From positions 151,740-215,739 of the forward strand of contig JAOMRN010000003.1 of NCBI GenBank assembly GCA_028355015.1: 64,000 nucleotides of DNA. Direction: 5' to 3'. A program made the position numbers and the translations under genes. The DNA is from Methanobacteriota archaeon. Its GTDB lineage: Archaea; Thermoplasmatota; Poseidoniia; Poseidoniales; Thalassarchaeaceae. The notes under the pieces are model-generated. The model made no database searches and was not told the origin of the DNA. It saw only the letters and a list, made by a program, of their open reading frames with translations. Shown here piece by piece: positions 9,900 to 19,102 of the stretch. Every line of letters starts with the position of its first letter. Position 1 is the stretch's first letter.

Positions 9900-11303
9900 A
9901 TGGCAGAAGGTTCCGGAATAGCAACAATAATGATATTTGCAATAGTATTAGTCCTAGTGGCTACCACAATATTTTTCGCACAGCGATATAAAAGATGCCC
10001 TCCAGATAAGATAATGGTAGTATATGGACGTACTTCCAAAGGTGCGGCATCTAGATCTATACATGGTGGTGCTACATTAGTTTGGCCGCTAATTCAGGAT
10101 TACTCATTCCTATCATTAACTCCTATTACTATCAATATTGATTTGAAAAATGCTCTTTCGATGCAGAATATTCGAATTAATGTGCCAAGTACTTTCACAG
10201 TAGGGATTAGTACTGAACCTGCAATTATGACTAATGCTGCAGAGCGTTTATTGCAACTTACACCCCAACAAATCGAAGAAATGGCGAAAGAAATAATCTT
10301 TGGTCAACTTCGTTTGACTGTTGCTTCCCTTACTATCGAGCAGATTAATCAAGATAGAGACACATTCCTAGAAATGACTAGAACTAATGTAGACACTGAA
10401 TTACAGAAAATTGGTATTCATCTGATTAACGTTAACCTAGTAGATATTACTGATGAGTCCGACTATATCGAAAGTATTGGTAAGAAAGCGGCTTCCACTG
10501 CTGTTGAGAATGCGCGTATTGACGTAGCAAATGCAGAGAGAGACGGAGCAGTTGGTGCTGCAAAAGCAAATAGAGTACGTGAGATTGAAGTTGCTAACAA
10601 CCTAGCAGAAGCAGAAAAGGGCCGTAAGACCGCAGAAGCAGATCAGCGTGTATATGTTGGTAATCAAGAGGCATTAGCGGTTTCCGGTGAGAACGCTGCA
10701 ACTGCAATAGTCAAGAATTCAGATGCGGATCTGGCAGAGATTGAAGCGGCTGCTAAACAGCGTGCTGCAGTTGCTGCGGCACAGGCTGAAGCGGAAATCC
10801 AGCGTGCTTTCTTCAAGGAAGAAGAAGCAAGATTACAGGCGAGTGAGATTGTACGTGAACAAATTCAGAAACAACAGATTGAAATTTCTGCAGAAGCAGA
10901 AGCGGAACGTCTTCGTCGTATCGCTAGAGGAGATGCAGATGCTATCCTCGCTAGATATGAAGCAGAAGCAGCAGGTATTCAGAAAGTGTTGGATGCTAAG
11001 GCGAGTGGTTATGCAGGATTAGTAAAGAGTGCTGGTGGAGATACCAAAGCAGCAGCTACCCTTCTAATGGTTGAGAAGATTGAAAGTATGGTTGCAGCTC
11101 AAGTTGAAGCTATACGTAATATGAAGATCGACAAGGTAACTGTATGGGATGGCGGAAATAATTCCGATGGTACATCTGCAACAAGTAATTTCGTGAGCAG
11201 TTTGGTACAAAGTTTACCTCCTATTCATGATGTTGCAAAAATGGCTGGTGTAGACCTACCAGACTATCTTGGATCATTATCTGATGATACAACTAACGAA
11301 TAG
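9900..11303 (+). CDS. flotillin (SPFH/band-7 family, YqiK-like)
   Basis: N-terminal TM helix, an SPFH region, then a long Ala/Glu-rich coiled coil (AEIEAAAKQRAAVAAAQAEAEIQRA). Confidence 0.85.
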   Translation: MAEGSGIATIMIFAIVLVLVATTIFFAQRYKRCPPDKIMVVYGRTSKGAASRSIHGGATLVWPLIQDYSFLSLTPITINIDLKNALSMQNIRINVPSTFTVGISTEPAIMTNAAERLLQLTPQQIEEMAKEIIFGQLRLTVASLTIEQINQDRDTFLEMTRTNVDTELQKIGIHLINVNLVDITDESDYIESIGKKAASTAVENARIDVANAERDGAVGAAKANRVREIEVANNLAEAEKGRKTAEADQRVYVGNQEALAVSGENAATAIVKNSDADLAEIEAAAKQRAAVAAAQAEAEIQRAFFKEEEARLQASEIVREQIQKQQIEISAEAEAERLRRIARGDADAILARYEAEAAGIQKVLDAKASGYAGLVKSAGGDTKAAATLLMVEKIESMVAAQVEAIRNMKIDKVTVWDGGNNSDGTSATSNFVSSLVQSLPPIHDVAKMAGVDLPDYLGSLSDDTTNE

Positions 11304-11359
11304 GGCATTGTCCTAACTTGAACAGTCATCCTCATGAATGACTTACATCTCGGACTGTC

Positions 11360-12583
11360 ATGGTCGTTGAAGATGTAGTAATTGTAGGTGGTGCCCGCAC
11401 TCCTTTTTGTGAATGGCAGGGTGGCAAGAGAGGCGATGGTCTACCAGGTGGATTATTGAAGGATACAAGTGCTTTGAAATTAGGTGAAATTGCAATTTTA
11501 GGGGCCTTGGAAAAAACAGGAACTCCTCCCGAAAGCGTAGACCATGTAGTAATGGGATATGCTTTACAGACCTGTGATCAGGCAATATTTGGTGCCAGAC
11601 ATGCAGGTCTAGGTGCAGGGATACCTCAAGAAGTCCCGATGCTAACACTTTCTCGAATTTGTGGCTCAGGAGTTCAATCAATCGTAACTGGTGCTCAAAT
11701 GATTATGCTTGGTGAAGCATCTACTGTAGTATCTGGAGGTATGGAAAACCTATCTCAAGCGCCTCATGTCTTGCGCGGCATGAGGGATGTGTACAAATTA
11801 GCACGGCCACCAAAAGAAGGTGTAATGTTGGAGAAAGATATGGAAGACTATCTTTTCACAAACTTACTAGATGGTATGTGTGGGTCTTTTATGGCTCAAA
11901 CTTCAGATGAAATTTGTCGAAGGAAAGGAGTAACACGTGAAGAGACTGATGAATTTGCAGCACTCTCTCACTCAAGGACAGCTTCTTCAATTGCTAACAA
12001 TATTTGGGAAAATGAAATTGTTAAAGTCGGCGAAGTAGGCCATAAAGATGAAGATCATGTAGTTTTGAACTCAACTTCCGAATCCTTAGCTCAACTAAGG
12101 ACTGCCTTTGGGCCGGATAGTCTAGTTACTGCTGGTAATGCTAGTGGAGTAGTTGATGGCGCCGCTGCAGTTGTAATTAAGTCAGCATCCCAAGCAGCAT
12201 CTGATGGTGATTCTCCTCTTGCAAGAATTGTTTCTTGGGGGATAGTAGGTTTAGATCCAGCAATCATGGCATACGGGCCTGTCCCCAGTAGTCGCTTGGC
12301 TCTAGAAAAAGCAGGGCTTTCAATTCATGATATAGATCGTTGGGAAATTAATGAAGCCTTTGCAGGTCAGGCGGTGGCTTGCATCAAAGACTTAGGTCTA
12401 GATGTTCAGAAAGTTAATGTCAATGGTGGTGCGGTTGGTTTAGGTCATCCACTTGCAGCTACTGGGACTAGGCTTGTACTTACCCTTGCTCATGAATTAA
12501 AGAGATCCAATGGTAAATATGGCGTTGCAACAGCGTGTATTGGCGGCGGCCAAGGTATTGCAATGGTAATCGAATCGATTTAA
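11360..12583 (+). CDS. acetyl-CoA C-acetyltransferase (thiolase II)
   Basis: VIVGGARTPF, active-site LSRICGSGVQS, NEAFAGQ, C-terminal ACIGGGQGIAMVIE. Confidence 0.9.
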   Translation: MVVEDVVIVGGARTPFCEWQGGKRGDGLPGGLLKDTSALKLGEIAILGALEKTGTPPESVDHVVMGYALQTCDQAIFGARHAGLGAGIPQEVPMLTLSRICGSGVQSIVTGAQMIMLGEASTVVSGGMENLSQAPHVLRGMRDVYKLARPPKEGVMLEKDMEDYLFTNLLDGMCGSFMAQTSDEICRRKGVTREETDEFAALSHSRTASSIANNIWENEIVKVGEVGHKDEDHVVLNSTSESLAQLRTAFGPDSLVTAGNASGVVDGAAAVVIKSASQAASDGDSPLARIVSWGIVGLDPAIMAYGPVPSSRLALEKAGLSIHDIDRWEINEAFAGQAVACIKDLGLDVQKVNVNGGAVGLGHPLAATGTRLVLTLAHELKRSNGKYGVATACIGGGQGIAMVIESI

Positions 12584-13386
12584 ATTAAAATCGATATAAT
12601 TTCTTGAGTATATTTTATCATACTTAATGAGATTATCATAATGAATAAACTAGTAATAAATTTTACTGGTAAGTAATTGATTGCATATTTCGCACCACTA
12701 AATGACAATATAGTCACTAAAAATGGGATTGCCAATGCATATATTGTCGCTTGAGTATATATTTCTGAAGCGGTACCATCAATTATAATATGTGAAATAA
12801 TTGCAGTTGGTACAACCATTGCAGCTAACATGAAAGAAGTTCCAGAAGAGGATTTAGTATCAAAACCCCCATAATTCCTATTTGTTGTAACGAATATCCC
12901 TCCTCCACCTATTCCAAGTAGGCCTGACGACATACCTCCAAAGAAAACTCCTATAGACCAATATTTTTCATTCATTTCTCCTATGGCTTGACCAGTGATA
13001 TCTTCTCGATTTAACATTCTGATTATCGCTTTATAAAATATCCAGGTTACTATTGATAAAGCCATAATCTTTATTGCGATATCACTAATTATTTCAATTA
13101 ATAAAAAACCAATAATTGTTCCAATAATAGCTCCAGGTATAGCGAATAAACTTCCTTTTTTAGCAACATCTAGATCGCCAAAACCCTGCCTATTATGTGC
13201 GGCTTGGCTACCCATAGCCACCGACCATACTAGAATTAATGACCCTAATATTGCTATTTTTATTTCCCATCCAAGTAAGTAATGAAGAATTGGCATAAAT
13301 ATAACTCCTCCTCCTAGTCCTAATGGTGAGAAGATTAGGCCAGTCATAAGGATTAGAAAAATTACTAATATCGTATCAGAATCCAT
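12580..13386 (-). CDS. TauE/SafE-family anion exporter
   Basis: Duplicated Gly-rich TM motifs GLGGGVIFMPIL and GIGGGGIFV. About eight TM helices. Confidence 0.7.
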   Translation of the reverse strand: MDSDTILVIFLILMTGLIFSPLGLGGGVIFMPILHYLLGWEIKIAILGSLILVWSVAMGSQAAHNRQGFGDLDVAKKGSLFAIPGAIIGTIIGFLLIEIISDIAIKIMALSIVTWIFYKAIIRMLNREDITGQAIGEMNEKYWSIGVFFGGMSSGLLGIGGGGIFVTTNRNYGGFDTKSSSGTSFMLAAMVVPTAIISHIIIDGTASEIYTQATIYALAIPFLVTILSFSGAKYAINYLPVKFITSLFIMIISLSMIKYTQEIISILI

Positions 13387-13403
13387 AATTTCTCCTTATT
13401 AAT

Positions 13404-14393
13404 TTATGATAATATGATTATTGTCACATAACTACTAATCAACATTGATATTGTTGCTATAACTCCAACTAGAAGTATTGCTCCACCAGTATTTTTCATA
13501 CTTTCTTTAGTGATAAAAAAACCAACAGATGCAAGTAATGGTAATAACAAATATTTCCCAATATTTGCCAATAAATCTGCAATTATTGTTGGTAGAATCC
13601 AGGTTGATAGTATTGCAGCAATAACAAACCCTGGTACAAAGTATGGTATTGATCCAATTTTGACATGTTCTCCTTTCTCTTTGTTAATTTTATTACCAAT
13701 TAATGCACAGATAGGTACTATGAATACTAAAAGTGAGACTCTAGATAGTTTCACAGCGGTAGCTATCACCATTGCCTCACCACCAATTGTCTCACCTGCT
13801 GCGACTGCTTGAGGTACTGCGTGAATAACCGAACCTGCCCAGATTCCTGCTTGCTCTTCCGATAAACCAAGTATTGATGACAGCAATGGTACAATTAAGA
13901 AAGTAATCAGACCAAGTAAATTGATTACTGCTAACACTACTGCAACTCTTTCTTCTTTTAATCTCAAGCCAGGAGATACAGCAACTACTGCACTATTACC
14001 GCATATCGCCCCTCCTGTACCGAGAGCAATGGTTGTCTCGATGTCTAAATTTACATATTTTCCAATGAAATAACATATTATGAAACTAGTTAATGCAGTA
14101 GAAAATACTGTGAAAAAACCAGTTAAACCAATCTCAGGGGCAAAGAAGGTGGTTAGATTTAGCCCAAATCCTAGCAATATTATTGCAATCGGCATTATCA
14201 TGCTAATCATCCATTTCCCTCCTTCTTCTGTATTAGGGATGTAATAAGCGATTATAGAACCTAAGATTAGTGCTAAGGTACTGGACCCTAGACTAATATC
14301 CCAATTCGATAGCAATAGATTTACTAAATATGCAATTACAGAAATTAAAATTGCCGTAGTTATACCAACATTTTTACTCATCAGCATCACCAT
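13404..14393 (-). CDS. YeiH/UPF0324-like putative sulfate exporter family transporter
   Basis: About 10 TM helices; overall resemblance to UPF0324. The start may be the internal MSKNVG. Confidence 0.55.
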   Translation of the reverse strand: MVMLMSKNVGITTAILISVIAYLVNLLLSNWDISLGSSTLALILGSIIAYYIPNTEEGGKWMISMIMPIAIILLGFGLNLTTFFAPEIGLTGFFTVFSTALTSFIICYFIGKYVNLDIETTIALGTGGAICGNSAVVAVSPGLRLKEERVAVVLAVINLLGLITFLIVPLLSSILGLSEEQAGIWAGSVIHAVPQAVAAGETIGGEAMVIATAVKLSRVSLLVFIVPICALIGNKINKEKGEHVKIGSIPYFVPGFVIAAILSTWILPTIIADLLANIGKYLLLPLLASVGFFITKESMKNTGGAILLVGVIATISMLISSYVTIIILS

Positions 14394-14397
14394 TACA

Positions 14398-15564
14398 CTA
14401 AATTAATCCATTAGAAATTAATCCTGCTGCTAAGAATGTTCCAGCAGTTGAACCTAGATTCCCTAAAGCCGTGACCATCATTACTTTTCCAACTTTATTT
14501 CTAAAGAACATATTATACATGCTAGAAAATTCCAAGAAATCCGAGGCATCTTTTCCAGTTGGTGGATTCATTTTTAGTTGAGTATAGCCTGCAAACCATC
14601 CTGCTGCCAAACTTGGATTAAGTGACGTAATTGGGGATGCTAATGCACCTACAATTATTGAAAGAGGGTGGCCTCTGGCAATAAGAATGCCCAATCCAGT
14701 TAGAAAAGCATTCAATGCTAGCCATATAGATAATGAATCCCATACTGTAGTGAAATCTCCATTATATGCACTCTTCCCTAATGCTGCTATAAGTAAAATT
14801 GGTATTGCTAACATTAGATATTTTGGCCAGTTTGGTTTCTTAGGTTGTTCATTGAGTTTAGATAATTTTGAAGTAGATTCCATTGTCGGTTTCTTAAGAT
14901 TTTCTTGAATCCCTGTAAGATGTCCTGCTCCTACTATTGCTAAGATTTTTCCTTTGCCTCTGATTTGCTGAATTCTTCCACTTAGAAACTCATCTCTTTC
15001 ATTAATTAGTACATGTCCTGCATTAGGTGCGATTTTATACACATCTTCCATCATATTACTGAGTAAATCACTATCCTCAAGTAACTCTTCTAGATCAAAT
15101 TCGTCATCGTCATCTTCACTTAACAATGCCTCAAATACTCTCATCTTTTCTCTTAATCCCATTTTATGCCATGCTCTTCTTAGAGTTATCACTACGTCTC
15201 TGTCGATTAATTCTATGGGGACATCTAATTCTTCTGCAATGTTTATCGCAGCTAATAGTTCAGCACCCGGTTTTTCTCCTGAATCTATTCCCATTTTTCT
15301 TTGTTGGACCGACAGAGCGGATTGGAGTATTATCATAGCTGACTTTCCGTCACTAATTATTTTCAATAACTCTTCATTATCTATTCCTTCTGGTTTCTTT
15401 AGTGATGCTAGTCTTGATTCACAGAGTTCGACCGCAATTACGTCGGGCTTATACTCAATAATCTGATTTTTTACTAGATTCACAGAAGTAGTGCTTACAT
15501 GAGCAGTACCTAGTAGGCGAAGATTTTCATCAATATCAATGATGTTTTTTGTATCTTTTGGCAT
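14398..15564 (-). CDS. TraB/PrgY-family protein with C-terminal membrane domain
   Basis: LLGTAHVSTTSVNLVKNQIIEYKPDVIAVELCESRL and VGAGHLTG motifs. Confidence 0.85.
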   Translation of the reverse strand: MPKDTKNIIDIDENLRLLGTAHVSTTSVNLVKNQIIEYKPDVIAVELCESRLASLKKPEGIDNEELLKIISDGKSAMIILQSALSVQQRKMGIDSGEKPGAELLAAINIAEELDVPIELIDRDVVITLRRAWHKMGLREKMRVFEALLSEDDDDEFDLEELLEDSDLLSNMMEDVYKIAPNAGHVLINERDEFLSGRIQQIRGKGKILAIVGAGHLTGIQENLKKPTMESTSKLSKLNEQPKKPNWPKYLMLAIPILLIAALGKSAYNGDFTTVWDSLSIWLALNAFLTGLGILIARGHPLSIIVGALASPITSLNPSLAAGWFAGYTQLKMNPPTGKDASDFLEFSSMYNMFFRNKVGKVMMVTALGNLGSTAGTFLAAGLISNGLI

Positions 15565-16403
15565 TAAAAATCCTCCAATGCAAACATTGCTCTAAACATA
15601 TCTACATGTTCTGGGACATCATGCACTCTGATGATATCGACGGCTCTTGATTTAGCCATTGCAGCTACGCCCAAAGTCCCTGCTAGCCTATCTTCGGCAT
15701 CGTTTCTACCTAGTAAATCTGAAAACATTCTTTTCCTACTTACTCCCCACATGAGGCTCATATTTTCCATTGGGATGACATCTCTTCCAGCAGATAAAAG
15801 AGCAATATTGTGGTGTAATAATTTCCCAAATCCGATTCCAGGGTCCCCAATTATTTGTTCTATTCCAATACCAGAATCTACTAGGATATTCACTTTACCA
15901 GTGAGCATTTCTCTAACTTCTTCGACAACGTCGCTATACTCTGGATTATCTTGCATATTTTCGGGGACTCCTTTCATATGCATAATGCAAATAGGGCAAT
16001 TTCTTGATTTTATGACTTCTATCATTCTTGGGTCACTAAGTGCAGAAACGTCATTAATCATATCTGCTCCTTCATCTAATGCGGCTTCAGCAACATCTGC
16101 CCACCTAGTGTCTATGGATATCCCTATGCTTGGATATTTCTTTCTAATAGCACGTACTACAGGTATGATGCGTGCAATTTCTTCATTAGAATCAATAGTT
16201 TTTGCTCCAGGTCTGGTTGATTCCCCCCCTATATCTAACCAATCTGCTCCATTGTCGACCATTTCTGCCGCAATTTCTAGAGTTTCTTCAACACTAGATA
16301 GTCTTGAATTAGCATAAAATGAGTCAGGAGTGATATTTAGAACCCCCATTATTCGTGGAAAACCGTCATCTCGGCGACGTATCAAGGGTCTCCAGTCAGC
16401 CAT
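15564..16403 (-). CDS. folP: dihydropteroate synthase
   Basis: MGVLNITPDSFY, DIGGESTRPG and GDPGIGFGK motifs. Confidence 0.9.
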   Translation of the reverse strand: MADWRPLIRRRDDGFPRIMGVLNITPDSFYANSRLSSVEETLEIAAEMVDNGADWLDIGGESTRPGAKTIDSNEEIARIIPVVRAIRKKYPSIGISIDTRWADVAEAALDEGADMINDVSALSDPRMIEVIKSRNCPICIMHMKGVPENMQDNPEYSDVVEEVREMLTGKVNILVDSGIGIEQIIGDPGIGFGKLLHHNIALLSAGRDVIPMENMSLMWGVSRKRMFSDLLGRNDAEDRLAGTLGVAAMAKSRAVDIIRVHDVPEHVDMFRAMFALEDF

Positions 16404-16458
16404 ATTGGTACGTCGATTCTACCAACCCTTTATGATGTGATGTAGTGGCAATCCAACG

Positions 16459-17130
16459 ATGGTTATTGGAGACGAGACGCTTTTAGATACATCTAATTCT
16501 GTTTCTCCCTCTATTTCCCCTAGTGTAGAGGGTGACTCAATGAATCAACCATCATTAGAAATGATGGAGTCAATAATCCAAAGATTACAGCCTCAAAACA
16601 GGCATGATATTAGAGATATGATATTTAATCGAGGAAGGATATCAGGGGCTATGCTAGTAATGGCAATATTACTTTGGTGGATATCTGTTGAAAAGGGTGC
16701 TGAGAGATTAGGAGATGCAGCTATTCCGGTTTCACAATTAGGTGGTTTTGAATTTTCAGAATTAAGTATAATTGTCCCTACAATCGCTTTATTAGCAACT
16801 TTAGTGATGTCAATTGGTAGAGAGCAAGGTAATGCGATTCTATCCAACGTCGCAGGAATATTAATGATTCTTGGTGCTTTCTATATTCTAGAACCATTCG
16901 GAAATCTTGCTTTGGGTGTAGGCGAGATAGAGTTAAGAAATGCAATTTCTGCCAGTGGTAGGCTTTCAATTTTAGCAGTTTTACTGCATTTTGCTACAAA
17001 ATTCTTTTTTGACGCTTTACTTCTTCAGTGGGTAAGATCGTTCCTCCTTTCGAACGATGTCGACATATTCCCTTCTCAAAATACTACTCTTTACGAGGGT
17101 CATGCTGATGAAGAAGCGCCTCTCGGATAA
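16459..17130 (+). CDS. hypothetical membrane protein
   Basis: Four or five hydrophobic helices. No motif recognised. Confidence 0.4.
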   Translation: MVIGDETLLDTSNSVSPSISPSVEGDSMNQPSLEMMESIIQRLQPQNRHDIRDMIFNRGRISGAMLVMAILLWWISVEKGAERLGDAAIPVSQLGGFEFSELSIIVPTIALLATLVMSIGREQGNAILSNVAGILMILGAFYILEPFGNLALGVGEIELRNAISASGRLSILAVLLHFATKFFFDALLLQWVRSFLLSNDVDIFPSQNTTLYEGHADEEAPLG

Positions 17131-17135
17131 GATGT

Positions 17136-17699
17136 ATGAATCCCCCTGGGCTACCTCACATAGGTGTTCTCCGTTTAGGTCATAGAAGGGATAGGGACAA
17201 GAGAATAACTTCTCATTTAGGTCTGACAGCTAGAGCATTTGGTGCTAATGAGATCCATCTAGCAGGTGAAATAGACCCTTCTGCTTTAGAAACGTGGAAT
17301 TCTGTATCTAAGAGATTTGGTGGTAATTTCAAATGCCGGTATGAAGAAAAACCACTTAGTTTTCTGAGAAGATTTTCCAAAGGTAAAGGAGATGAATCTG
17401 GAACTATTATTCATTTGACGATGTATGGTGAACCATGGAAGGAAGCATTGCCTAAAATAGATCTTGATAAACCCATGATGATAGTAGTTGGTGGGACAAA
17501 AGTACCAGGAGAAGTTTATCGTTTAGCCGACCATAATGTGTCGATAGGGAATCAACCTCATTCAGAGGTGGCCGCCTTAGCTATTTTTCTTGATTCACTT
17601 GTAGGTCCTATAGATGATTTGAGCCATTTTCCTGATGGAGAAATAAGAGTTATACCTAATGGAATTAGAAAACAAGTAATAACTTTTGAAGAGGAATAA
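17136..17699 (+). CDS. trm56: tRNA (cytidine56-2'-O)-methyltransferase (SPOUT)
   Basis: LRLGHRRDRDKRITSHLGLTARAFGA, HLTMYGE, and GNQPHSEVAALA, as in archaeal aTrm56. Confidence 0.9.
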   Translation: MNPPGLPHIGVLRLGHRRDRDKRITSHLGLTARAFGANEIHLAGEIDPSALETWNSVSKRFGGNFKCRYEEKPLSFLRRFSKGKGDESGTIIHLTMYGEPWKEALPKIDLDKPMMIVVGGTKVPGEVYRLADHNVSIGNQPHSEVAALAIFLDSLVGPIDDLSHFPDGEIRVIPNGIRKQVITFEEE

Positions 17700-17706
17700 T
17701 TTTTTT
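17700..17706 (+). terminator. oligo-T tract (T7) directly after the trm56 stop
   Basis: taa ttttttt ctct. Confidence 0.35.
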
Positions 17707-17737
17707 CTCTAACTTCTCGACTGATTATTATACGTCA

Positions 17738-19102
17738 ATGATTAATAATCTGGTTCCAGCAGTATCGTTGATGTCGAAGTCGACACCGGGTAGAGGATTC
17801 TCTCCCGGGGCCGATATTTTAGGTGTTAAGAATGCTCCTAAATTTTCCGATGCAGCCGATATTTTGGTAGATTCGGATGATATACAACCTGCAAGCCTAG
17901 CCCCTGGTCTACTTTTGTTGGCAGACGGAACTCGATTCAGAGGTTCATTATTTGGTGCAGAAACTATTGCTCAAGGAGAGTTGGTTTTTACTACAGGAAT
18001 GTGTGGTTATCAAGAAAGTCTTACGGATCCTTCATTTGCAGGACAAGTACTAACATTTACTTGGCCACTTCTTGGAAATTATGGAATACATGCTAATAGC
18101 TCAGAGTCTTCTGGTGTTTGGCCTCGAGGAATTGTTTGTAGGGAATTGATGAAAGTACCGGATCATAGAGATTCAATAGGTAGCGTACATGAATTCTTGT
18201 TATCTCATGGTGTCCCTGGAATTGAAGGAATCGATACAAGAGCTTTAACAAGAAGAGTTCGAGAACATGGAACCGTTTTATGCGTATTTGGACCATTAGA
18301 AAAGGAACAAGAAATGCAGAATGTTCTTGATAATCTTGTACCACCCGATTCTGAAGATCTAGTAGCAGAAGTTACATGCTCAGAATCAGTACTTTTGAAC
18401 GAAGGTGCAGAAGATTTTGATGGTAATTCCTTACCTCGTTTGGCAGCGATTGATTGCGGAATTAAATTTAATATTTTACGTGAGTTATGTCATCGATTTG
18501 AGGTAGTTTGGTGCCCAGCAAATATGCCATTCGATGAGATTATTGAAAAGTGGTCACCTGACGCATTTTTCTCTTCTAATGGACCAGGAGATCCTGCACA
18601 CCCCGGTGCTGCAACAATTGCTCGAGAAACGCTTTCATCAGCGGTTAGAGCAGATTTTCCAGTAATGGGTATTTGTCTTGGACATCAATTAATGGGTCTA
18701 GCAGCTGGTCTTAGGACATACAAACTAAGGTATGGGCATAGAGGAGCAAATCAGCCAGTAATCGATTTACAGAGTGGTAGAGTGCATATTACTAGCCAGA
18801 ATCATGGCTTTGCAGTAGAAGATCCGGAACAAGGTATGCTTGCCCCACATCCCAGTGGCGTATATTCAGAAAAGGGAGAAAATGTTCTAGGGGCTGATTT
18901 CAGAGTCAGATATGTTAATGCCAATGATAGAACTGTTGAAGGTCTAGACTTAGTCGACAAGTCATCATTTACAGTTCAATTTCATCCTGAGGCATGCCCT
19001 GGGCCTCATGATGCGGCCCCTTTATTCGATAGATTTTCCGAGATTGTCGCAAAAAATTTCCATCTAAATAAAGTAACTCATGCCCCGAGAGGTGAGAAAT
19101 AA
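17738..19102 (+). CDS. carA: carbamoyl-phosphate synthase small (glutaminase) subunit
   Basis: GICLGHQL catalytic Cys and VQFHPEACPGPHD. There are about 55 aa ahead of the conserved LLLADGTRFRG block, so the true start is uncertain. Confidence 0.9.
   Translation: MINNLVPAVSLMSKSTPGRGFSPGADILGVKNAPKFSDAADILVDSDDIQPASLAPGLLLLADGTRFRGSLFGAETIAQGELVFTTGMCGYQESLTDPSFAGQVLTFTWPLLGNYGIHANSSESSGVWPRGIVCRELMKVPDHRDSIGSVHEFLLSHGVPGIEGIDTRALTRRVREHGTVLCVFGPLEKEQEMQNVLDNLVPPDSEDLVAEVTCSESVLLNEGAEDFDGNSLPRLAAIDCGIKFNILRELCHRFEVVWCPANMPFDEIIEKWSPDAFFSSNGPGDPAHPGAATIARETLSSAVRADFPVMGICLGHQLMGLAAGLRTYKLRYGHRGANQPVIDLQSGRVHITSQNHGFAVEDPEQGMLAPHPSGVYSEKGENVLGADFRVRYVNANDRTVEGLDLVDKSSFTVQFHPEACPGPHDAAPLFDRFSEIVAKNFHLNKVTHAPRGEK

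Noticed and set aside
10723-11022. 99-aa highly basic ORF in an alternative frame of the flotillin gene
   Set aside because: It arises from the GCA/GAA-rich coiled-coil coding repeat. It has no start context and no independent support.
11358-11681. 107-aa minus-strand ORF
   Set aside because: It is antisense to the 5' end of the thiolase gene and has no motifs.
15631-16317. 228-aa plus-strand ORF
   Set aside because: It is fully antisense to folP, which has clear motifs. It is Ser/Ile/Pro-rich and low in complexity, as expected for a shadow ORF in AT-rich DNA.
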